Positions 10,081 through 17,555 of a DNA stretch of 64,000 nucleotides are shown here, in pieces. The notes beneath the pieces are model-generated. The model had not been told where the DNA came from. It saw only the letters and a list, made by a program, of their open reading frames with translations, and searched no databases. The stretch covers positions 24,168-88,167 of the forward strand of contig CAWADQ010000042.1 in the NCBI GenBank assembly GCA_963780835.1. The letters are read 5' to 3'. Source of the stretch: an uncultured Actinomycetota bacterium. GTDB lineage: Bacteria > Actinomycetota > Actinomycetes > Mycobacteriales > Pseudonocardiaceae. Made by a program: the position numbers and the translations under genes. The stretch's first letter is position 1. Each line of letters opens with the position of its first letter.

Positions 10081-11130
10081 ATGGGACTATGGGACAAGAT
10101 CAAGCGAACCGGCCACCGCGCGGCGGGGGCCGACCCGCTCGAAGAGATCGAGATGCCGGAGTCGGTCGCCCTCGTGCCCGACGAGCACTACTTCCGGGTG
10201 TTCCTGGCCCAGATGCACCTGGCCGACGCGTCGACGTTCCTCAGCCAGTGGTTGCCGGGCGCGCACGTCGGCGTCACCTACACCCGGCAGGGCGCCGCGG
10301 CCGTCGAGTACAGCAAGGTGCTCCGGCCCGATCCCGAGCGGATGGCGGCGGGCGCCCGGCTCAACTTCCCGGTGACCGACCTGGTGCCGTACCGGGGTGG
10401 TGTCGTCGAGATCGACGCGGCGCTCTTCGGGCTGCAGACCGGGAGCAGGCTCGATCTCGTCGTGGATGTGCTGCAGGCGGTGTCCGGGCTGCCGCTGCCC
10501 GCCGTCGGGCCGGCCCTGGACATCGCCGGCCAGGTCACCAAGGCCGCGAAGAGCCTCGTACAGGGAGGCGACGGGGTCGTGCACCTCAACGTCCACCAGT
10601 CCTACGTCTCGGCCACCGGGAGCAACGACGGCAACGTCCTTCGACCGTTGTACGTCGCCGGCATGCTGGCCGGCTCGGCCGCGATCCCCCCGGCGTCCTT
10701 GCGTGTGGTCAACGATCGGCTGCACGTTGTCGACGCCGACGGGCGGCCGCAGCCGCTCGTCGACCGCGACTTCCTGCTGCTCAAGATCGAGGGACGATCC
10801 GACCGGGACGACTTCTGGCTGCCCGAGCTCGACCTGTTGCTCTCAAGGTCGATCACCGCGCTGCGGCACGGAGACACGCCGCGAGCCGAGGCCTACCGGC
10901 AGGATGCCGTCGCCGCCGTCTTCGACTCGCCCGCACTCACCTGGGTCGACCGCGAGCGCGTGATCGCCGCCGTACGTACGCGGTTCGCACTCGTTGCGGA
11001 GGCGGGTCTCGGGGCCACCGCGGAGCGCGATCCGCAGTCGGTCGGGGAGCTGGTGGACCGGTACGGGCCGAGCATCGACTGGGTGCTCGCCGAAGGGCCG
11101 TCCGTGCGGGAACACGCTCTGCGGCCATAA
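10081..11130 (+). CDS. Hypothetical protein, 349 aa, last gene of the CHAT/STAND operon
   Basis: 7 bp after the upstream stop; GAGGA RBS; GC3-biased codons; amphipathic N-terminus MGLWDKIKR. Confidence 0.8.
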   Translation: MGLWDKIKRTGHRAAGADPLEEIEMPESVALVPDEHYFRVFLAQMHLADASTFLSQWLPGAHVGVTYTRQGAAAVEYSKVLRPDPERMAAGARLNFPVTDLVPYRGGVVEIDAALFGLQTGSRLDLVVDVLQAVSGLPLPAVGPALDIAGQVTKAAKSLVQGGDGVVHLNVHQSYVSATGSNDGNVLRPLYVAGMLAGSAAIPPASLRVVNDRLHVVDADGRPQPLVDRDFLLLKIEGRSDRDDFWLPELDLLLSRSITALRHGDTPRAEAYRQDAVAAVFDSPALTWVDRERVIAAVRTRFALVAEAGLGATAERDPQSVGELVDRYGPSIDWVLAEGPSVREHALRP

Positions 11131-11152
11131 CTCTCTCGCCGACGCAGGTATC

Positions 11153-11224
11153 CACCCGCTCATCTACAAGATCGTCGACAACGAGATCCGCATCGCTGCC
11201 TCCCGCTACCACTACGGTCACTGA
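11153..11224 (+). pseudogene. C-terminal remnant of a Txe/YoeB family toxin
   Basis: HPLIYKIVDNEIRIAASRYHYGH* matches the YoeB C-terminal consensus HRLVY...I.I..CRYHY. Confidence 0.75.
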
Positions 11225-11257
11225 CGTGATGAGCGTGCACGCTGCAGGCTTGGGGAT

Positions 11258-12526
11258 TCACGTCGTTCGCAGTTCGTCCTCCTCGTCGCGCTCCATCATC
11301 AGCCGGAGAGACTGCCCGTAGGCGTCCCGGAACACCTCCCGGTCTTCCACGAAGTAAGTGAAGAACCCGCGCTGGTTAGAGATCTCGACCGGTATCAGCT
11401 CCACGTTCTCGTACTTCTTCTCGCGGACCCTGTCGAGGCGCGATTCGCTCTCCATCTCGGCGACCTGCCCACTGTCGCGTTGCTCCTTGGGCTTCGAATC
11501 CAGCCTGCCCGCGCTCTTCAGGTCGTTGATGGTCTCGATGAGCCGGTACTGCTCGCGGTAGGAGGCCTCCATCCAGAACTCGGTCTGCATGTCGGCTACC
11601 TCGAACAGGTTCTGGGGCAGCCGCCCGAGCCAGCGATCATTGATCGGCTTGACGGCGTAGATCCGCTCCGCTCCGGTGAGCTCGTTGAGGATGATCGACC
11701 GGGCGTAGGCCCCGTCCACGTAACGGTCCGGACCAAGGTGGGTCGCCGGGAAGCCGTAGTAGAACAACCAGAGCGCGTTCCGGACACCGTCGGACGTGAT
11801 CCGGTGGTAGACGGTTCGCCCGTGCGCCCGGCCGTACTGGGCATCTCCGTCGTGGTGCCTCCTGATCAGGTCCATGCCCATGGCGTTGACGTAGAGCTGT
11901 TCCAGCCCCGTCTGTGGATCGAAGCTGTTGAAGGCTACTCCAACTCCGTGTTCGGTGCTGTTGAGGACCTCGGCGGCCTTATCGAAGAATGTATCTGGCC
12001 GCTTCGGCACGAAGGCCCGGGCCGGCAGCCAGAGGTCGGCGAACTCATCATAGGTAGTTGGGACCGCACCGTAGTACGGGCTGCTGCGGTCGAAGAAGCC
12101 GATCGCCCGCTGCGTCATGTGAGCCGCGAACGCCTCGGCCCACGGGCCGAACACGTTGGGCACACCAGTGAACAAGGTGACCAGAATCGATCGCCAAGGG
12201 TCGGTATAGGCATTGCGGGGAAGCCAGGTCGCCCGCTCGAGCGCGGCGATGGCGCCTTCGGTCTCCTCCCGGACGTCCTTCCCCTCCAGGTACGTGAGGA
12301 CCGATGCGATCGTTCCCGATGTGCAGCTGATGAACTCGAGCTCGGGGAGTATCCCCCGATTCATCCGTCGCCGGGCTCTCTCGTCGTTGAGGGCCGCGAA
12401 CCGCACAAGAGCATCCGACGTGAACGACTCCTGGCGCAGCCGCTGCAGTTCCTGAGCGGCGGCGAGGAAGCCGGCACCATGAGCATTGTTGCCGCCGAGA
12501 CCGGCAAGTGCAATAGCTGTCAGCAT
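11258..12526 (-). CDS. Divergent patatin-like phospholipase
   Basis: Start ATG 12526 with AGGGGAG RBS; IALAGLGGNNAHGAG glycine-rich loop, ISCTSGT nucleophile elbow, YVDGAY (DGx) motif; lower GC than neighbours. Confidence 0.65.
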   Translation of the reverse strand: MLTAIALAGLGGNNAHGAGFLAAAQELQRLRQESFTSDALVRFAALNDERARRRMNRGILPELEFISCTSGTIASVLTYLEGKDVREETEGAIAALERATWLPRNAYTDPWRSILVTLFTGVPNVFGPWAEAFAAHMTQRAIGFFDRSSPYYGAVPTTYDEFADLWLPARAFVPKRPDTFFDKAAEVLNSTEHGVGVAFNSFDPQTGLEQLYVNAMGMDLIRRHHDGDAQYGRAHGRTVYHRITSDGVRNALWLFYYGFPATHLGPDRYVDGAYARSIILNELTGAERIYAVKPINDRWLGRLPQNLFEVADMQTEFWMEASYREQYRLIETINDLKSAGRLDSKPKEQRDSGQVAEMESESRLDRVREKKYENVELIPVEISNQRGFFTYFVEDREVFRDAYGQSLRLMMERDEEDELRTT

Positions 12527-12714
12527 CGTCCGTCTCCCCTCGAGCACACGTGCTGCGACTCGCTGTCGGTTGTCGGCGAGGTGCTTCTCCCGCACCGGCA
12601 GCCGCAGCAGTCGTACGTACGAATTTAGACGTTACGACGAGCAGCTCACATAGGGGCGAAGGGCACGAATCAATCGGAGAAAACGCCACACACGTCAGGC
12701 GATCTGGTGGAAGA

Positions 12715-14151
12715 TCAGATACGGCGGCGTGGGCCATGCTGTGGAACCCCACAGGCTTCGGGCCCCGGTCGGATCACCGGCTCCAGCAGGCCCCGGTCCG
12801 CCAGCCACGCGGCCACCCGGAGACCCCGGCCACCGGTGGCCACGTCCCACACGCGGGCGGCGCCGGCCAGGTCCGAAGCGGCCGGGAGGACGTCGAGCAG
12901 CGCTGCGAGCGGGGCACGACCCAGGAACGCGACCGGCCGGTCGAGTGCCGGATGGGAGAGTGCGCGATACATCCGGACCTGGTCGTCCACCAGGCACGGC
13001 TGCGGGGTCACCGCGGCGGCGGGGTCGAGCCGGACGGGATGCGCGAGCAGGGTGCGCAGCCGGGCGGGGTCGGGCGGCGCCGGGGCCGCGGCGGCGGGTG
13101 CCCGCGCGGCCCGGTGCCGCCAGAAGGCGTGCGCAGCGTAGGCGTCGTGCTCGGCGTAGAGCGCCGCCGCGGTCGCGGCGTGCCGGGCAGAGGTGTGGGC
13201 GAGCAGGTCGGTGTAGTAGCGGCGAGCCGCGGCCCGGTCGCCGTCGGGTACCAGCAGGGTGTGCACCACCGCCGCCGCGGCCGCGGCGGTCTGCATCGCC
13301 ACCTGGACGCCGCAGGCTGACAGCGGGTCGAGGGCGAGGGCCGCGTCGCCGACCCGCACCAGGTCGTCGGCGACCGGGTCGTCGACGACGTAGCCGGTGG
13401 CGTCGCACACCCGGACCGGCCCCGGCCGGGCGCCGCGGAGCAGCTCGGCGAACAGGGGAGAGGCGTCGACCAGCTTCCGGTACCGACGATCGCGGTCGAC
13501 CAGCGCATCCAGGTCGACGAAGGCCATCGCCCGGAACGTGCCGTCCGGCCGGTGCGCCCCCCACAGCCACCCCTGCTCCAGCACGTCGACGCACGACTGC
13601 GGCTCGGCGGCGGACACCTGCGTCCACGTGGCGTGCAGGGCCATCGTCCGTGAACCGGTCGCCCGTCGCCGCCCGCCGGTGAGCCGGCGACGGCCGGTCG
13701 CATCGGCGATCAGGCGGGCGTGGATGGGACCGCCCGGCAGCGGCACCACCCAGCCGCCGGGCACCTGCCGCGGCCGCCCGGCGCGGGCCGTGGGCAGCAT
13801 GCGGGCTCCGGCGGCGCGGGCCGCGGATCTCAGGATCGCGTCGAAGCGGGGACGGTCGACGGTGAGCCCGTCCCGCCCCGGCGTGGTGTGCCCGCGGTCG
13901 CCGCTGCGCCAGCGGACCCGTGCGCGGGGTGCGCGGACGAACCTTGCGGCGTCGACGGCGGCGGCCACACCGAGATCATCGAGCAGTGGCAGCACGCCCG
14001 GCGAGAGCGACTCCCCGACCTCCGCCGTCGCGACCGCATCCCGGTCGACCACCGCGACATCGTGCCCGAGCCGGGCCAGCCGGGCCGCCAGCGTCGCCCC
14101 GGCCGGGCCCGCGCCGAGCACGCAGACCTCGACCCCGCTTCCGGTGGTCAC
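12715..14151 (-). CDS. FAD-dependent oxidoreductase, LodB/QhpG/tryptophan-halogenase-like, 478 aa
   Basis: GTG start overlapping the rSAM stop (GTGA); VLGAGPAG Rossmann motif, GESLSPG, VDRPRFD, DATGR, VGDAALALDPLSACGV; extra C-terminal domain. Confidence 0.85.
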   Translation of the reverse strand: MTTGSGVEVCVLGAGPAGATLAARLARLGHDVAVVDRDAVATAEVGESLSPGVLPLLDDLGVAAAVDAARFVRAPRARVRWRSGDRGHTTPGRDGLTVDRPRFDAILRSAARAAGARMLPTARAGRPRQVPGGWVVPLPGGPIHARLIADATGRRRLTGGRRRATGSRTMALHATWTQVSAAEPQSCVDVLEQGWLWGAHRPDGTFRAMAFVDLDALVDRDRRYRKLVDASPLFAELLRGARPGPVRVCDATGYVVDDPVADDLVRVGDAALALDPLSACGVQVAMQTAAAAAAVVHTLLVPDGDRAAARRYYTDLLAHTSARHAATAAALYAEHDAYAAHAFWRHRAARAPAAAAPAPPDPARLRTLLAHPVRLDPAAAVTPQPCLVDDQVRMYRALSHPALDRPVAFLGRAPLAALLDVLPAASDLAGAARVWDVATGGRGLRVAAWLADRGLLEPVIRPGPEACGVPQHGPRRRI

Positions 14152-15491
14152 CCGGGGCCGTCGGCGGCGAACCAGCCGGGCCGGTCGCGGCCCAGCCGCG
14201 CGTACGCGCCGAGCGCCCAGTGCAGCCACCCGCGGATGTAGTCGCAGGCCGGGCGGCCGCGGGCGATGACCTCGTGGTGGCAGCCGCCGCCGCAGAGGTA
14301 GCGGGCCCAGCAGCCGCGGCACGGCTCCTGGCGGTGGACGTGGCGCTCCTCCAGCCACAGCGCCTGCCCGGCGCGGTCGACGCCGCGGGTCACGTCGCCC
14401 AGCGCGCCCGCCTCGTCGCCGACGAACCGGTGACACGCCGCGAGCGCCCCGTCGGCCGCGACGCCCAGGTATCCGGCGCCCGCCCCGCACGGGTACGGGC
14501 GGTGCGTGCCGCGGTGGATCTCACGCAGCGCGGTGACGGCGTTGGCGAAGGGGTACCGCTCGCCCGCGACGACGCGCCGCTCGAACTCCTCGCCGCACTC
14601 CACCATCGCGGCGAGCATCGCGGCCAGCTCCGGGCCGCCCAGCTCGCCGCCACCGCGCGGCGACCGCAGCAGCGGGGAGAACCCGACGCTGTGGAAGCCG
14701 AGCCCGACGAACTCCTCGAGCGTGGTGCGCAGGTCCAGGTTGTCCGGGGTGACGGTGACGCGGGCGGAGACCTGCATCCGGCGCTGGCGGGCGAGCAGCG
14801 GGGTGACGCGGGCGAGCACCCGGTCGTAGCTGCCGCGCCCGCTGCGCAGGGGACGAAGCAGGTCGTGCGCGGCGCGCGGCCCGTCGAGGCTGACGGTGAT
14901 GGCGAAGCCGTACTCCTCGAAGAAGTCGCCGTCGTCCGGGGTCAGCAGGGTGCCGTTGGTGGTGATCGAGAAGGTGGCGGTGACGCCTCGCTGTGCGGCC
15001 AGTTCCCGCGCCCGCTGCGCCGCGGCACGCACCACGGCGCGGTTCATCATCGGCTCGCCGCCGAGGAAGCTCAGATTGACCCGCTCGCCCGGCGCGACGT
15101 CGGCGAGCAGCAGGTCGACCGAGGCGAGCGCGGTGGCGAGCGCCATGCTCGTGTCCGGGCCGCCGAACCCGCCGCCGTCGGCGTAGCAGTAGGTGCAACC
15201 CAGGTTGCACTTCTGCGCCACCGCGAGCGAGAGCGCCCGCACGGGAGGCTGTGCCGGCGCGGTGTCGTCGACGTAGGGCGTGCCCGCCACGCCGAGCTCG
15301 TGCAGCAGGGCCCGCAGCGCGGCGCCGTCGTGGCGCCGCAGCCGGTCGAGCTCGCGGAAGGTGGCGGCGTCGATGTCGTAGAGCCGGCTCCCGTCGGGCA
15401 GGAACACGTGCAGCCCGGCCCCGCTGTCGAGCAGGTGCACGTCCGGGTGCAGCGGGGCGGGCGTGTCCAGCAGCGCGGTCGGCTCAGTCAT
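14148..15491 (-). CDS. Radical SAM/SPASM domain maturase (QhpD/anSME-like), 447 aa
   Basis: CNLGCTYC, GGEP, TTNGTLL, SLDG; SPASM motifs YPCGAG...ACHRF and CRGCWARYLCGGGC...C; short RRE-like N-terminal extension. Confidence 0.92.
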   Translation of the reverse strand: MTEPTALLDTPAPLHPDVHLLDSGAGLHVFLPDGSRLYDIDAATFRELDRLRRHDGAALRALLHELGVAGTPYVDDTAPAQPPVRALSLAVAQKCNLGCTYCYADGGGFGGPDTSMALATALASVDLLLADVAPGERVNLSFLGGEPMMNRAVVRAAAQRARELAAQRGVTATFSITTNGTLLTPDDGDFFEEYGFAITVSLDGPRAAHDLLRPLRSGRGSYDRVLARVTPLLARQRRMQVSARVTVTPDNLDLRTTLEEFVGLGFHSVGFSPLLRSPRGGGELGGPELAAMLAAMVECGEEFERRVVAGERYPFANAVTALREIHRGTHRPYPCGAGAGYLGVAADGALAACHRFVGDEAGALGDVTRGVDRAGQALWLEERHVHRQEPCRGCWARYLCGGGCHHEVIARGRPACDYIRGWLHWALGAYARLGRDRPGWFAADGPG

Positions 15492-16233
15492 GGTCGCGGC
15501 CGCCGACGATGAACCGCAGCAGGCCCTGCCAGTTGCGGAAGAGGTCCTCGTAGCTGATCAGGTTCGCGGGCGGGACGTTGTAGGTCAGGGGAGTGCGGTC
15601 GCGGGCGAGCCAGTTGTTGCCGACGCTGGTGCCGGTCGCCGTGGTCTCGACATTGACGTAGTCGGGGCGGCTGGCGGCCCAGTAGTAGCAGCCGCACTCC
15701 CGATAGTCGTTCTGCCAGGGTGAGCACAGGCTCTGGGTGAGCTCGCCGGGCGCGGCGAGCGCCTCGTCGACCAGCGGAATCCGGTCGCCGGTGGTGTCGC
15801 TGCGCGCGAAGACCGGATTGACCTGCAGGTCGACGGTCTCCACGGTGCTGGTCTCGGTGTCGAAGAACTGGCACTCGACCGCCTCGCCCGCGACGACCTC
15901 GGCCAGCGCGTTCGACCATTCCAGGAACACCTGGCTCAGCGACGCGTCTTCCTCGGTGGTGTTGGGCCCGTGCACCTCGGCGAGCACGGGCGCCGCGCCG
16001 ACCTGGACGAGGAACCGGCCGGCGAGCCGCTCCAGCGGCGGGTCGGCCCGGGTGACGAACCCGTTCGCCTCGTGCAGCTCGACGCCGGTGAACAGGCGTC
16101 GCCAGAGGTTGCGGAAGTCGAACTCGAGGCCGGGGAAGCAGTTCGAGATCGCCGACTCGGGGAGGGTGCTGGGCGGGTTTCCCGCGGCCCGGTGGTGCAG
16201 CTGAGCGGTGACGTTGCGCGGCTCGATGGTCAC
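15484..16233 (-). CDS. C-terminal (CTQ-bearing) half of a LodA/GoxA-like quinoprotein, 249 aa
   Basis: SNCFPGLE (cf. LodA FxPGxE) and PGELTQSLCSPWQNDYRECGCYYWAASRPDYV (cf. PGDLTxxMAxPWQxDFxxC...WWPxxRPDxV); GAGGAG RBS; GTGA overlap. Confidence 0.75.
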   Translation of the reverse strand: MTIEPRNVTAQLHHRAAGNPPSTLPESAISNCFPGLEFDFRNLWRRLFTGVELHEANGFVTRADPPLERLAGRFLVQVGAAPVLAEVHGPNTTEEDASLSQVFLEWSNALAEVVAGEAVECQFFDTETSTVETVDLQVNPVFARSDTTGDRIPLVDEALAAPGELTQSLCSPWQNDYRECGCYYWAASRPDYVNVETTATGTSVGNNWLARDRTPLTYNVPPANLISYEDLFRNWQGLLRFIVGGRDHD

Positions 16234-17555
16234 GGCTGCTCCTCCTGGGGGTCGGGGAAGACCGGTCCACGCACCAACGCACGGATGAGGTCGACCTGGC
16301 GGCGGGTCAGAGCCAGGTGCTGGCCGTCGGCCCCGCGCATGAGCGCGGGCATCCGGCGGCGGCCCCGGTCGGTCAGGTCGCCGACCTCGTCGAAGGGCCG
16401 CAGCACGTCAGCGAACCAGGGTGCGCCTCCGCCGCGCAGCGCGGCGAGCAGGCTCTGGTGCAGGTTCTCCAGGGCGACGGTGTCGACCAGCGACCGGGCC
16501 ATGATCGGATCCGGGCGGCGGCCGTTCTCGTTCGCGTCGTGGCCGGCCATCCCGCCCCGGTTCATGACGTCGGTGTTCATCAGCCGGACGGTCTCGAACG
16601 CGCGGCGGACGATCTCCTCGACCTGCTCGACCGTGGCCGTCCCGGGGGCGACCGTCGGGCCGAACAGGGCCTGCTCCAGCTCGTCGGCCACGGTACGGAT
16701 CGGGACGACGTCCGGCGCGTAGGTCGGCGGACCGGACGCCACCCGGGAGTACGCGGTGAGCGTGCGCCCGCCGACGGCTACCGATACCCGCACCAGGCCG
16801 TCGCAGGAGTCGTCCAGGTAGCCACGGCTGCGGCGACCGGCGTCCTGGGCAAAGATGCCGCCCGGCACCGTGATCGTCCAGGCCGAGGGATCCTGGTAAC
16901 CCAGCCAGGTGCCGCGGCTCGCGTCGTACACCACGGCGACGACGTTCGGGTCGACCGGGCCGCCCATTGCCGGGTCCGTGGCGCTCGACCCGTAGACGCG
17001 GCCCGGGGCCGGGGTCAACCGCAACCGGATCTCCGGGCGGGCGTCGTCGGGCCGGACGTAACGGACGTGCCCGAAGAGAATCGAGCGGCCCGGCCAGAAG
17101 TTGGGGCAGCCGCCGGTGAGGAGGCGCGGGTCGTGGTCGGAGAACTCGCCCGTGTCGGCGGACACCCGGTCCGCGTCGATGCCGGTGCGCCGGGCGACCT
17201 TGTGGTTGGCGACCTGCGCCCGCCATGCCACGTCGGCGGGGTCCGCCCCCTCGGCCGCGAGCAGCGTGGTGGTCAGCGGCTCGAGCGTGTCGGTGTCGGT
17301 CAGGGCCCACACCTCGAGGAAGGGCGCCACCGGCCGGGCCGCTCCGTTCTCGGTGAACCGCAGCGCGTCGGGCACGAAGGTCCGGGCGATCACGCCTGTC
17401 GCCTCGTCGACCTCGAGCGTCTCCGCCGGCCGCAGCGTGCGGGGGCCCAGCGGCCGCTCGGGGTCGACCACGACGTCGTAGTTGTCCATGGGCGTGGGCG
17501 CGGCCCCGAGGCGGGCGATGGCCAGCGGCGGCAGGATGCGCAGCTCCCGGATCAT
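16230..17555 (-). CDS. N-terminal half of a LodA/GoxA-like protein, 441 aa
   Basis: ATG 17555 with GGGAGG RBS and ATGA overlap; RILPPLAIARLG (cf. IHPAIGIARVG), VANHK, YLDDSCDGLV (cf. DDxSDGPV), PPTYAPD, LALTRRQ. Confidence 0.75.
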   Translation of the reverse strand: MIRELRILPPLAIARLGAAPTPMDNYDVVVDPERPLGPRTLRPAETLEVDEATGVIARTFVPDALRFTENGAARPVAPFLEVWALTDTDTLEPLTTTLLAAEGADPADVAWRAQVANHKVARRTGIDADRVSADTGEFSDHDPRLLTGGCPNFWPGRSILFGHVRYVRPDDARPEIRLRLTPAPGRVYGSSATDPAMGGPVDPNVVAVVYDASRGTWLGYQDPSAWTITVPGGIFAQDAGRRSRGYLDDSCDGLVRVSVAVGGRTLTAYSRVASGPPTYAPDVVPIRTVADELEQALFGPTVAPGTATVEQVEEIVRRAFETVRLMNTDVMNRGGMAGHDANENGRRPDPIMARSLVDTVALENLHQSLLAALRGGGAPWFADVLRPFDEVGDLTDRGRRRMPALMRGADGQHLALTRRQVDLIRALVRGPVFPDPQEEQP

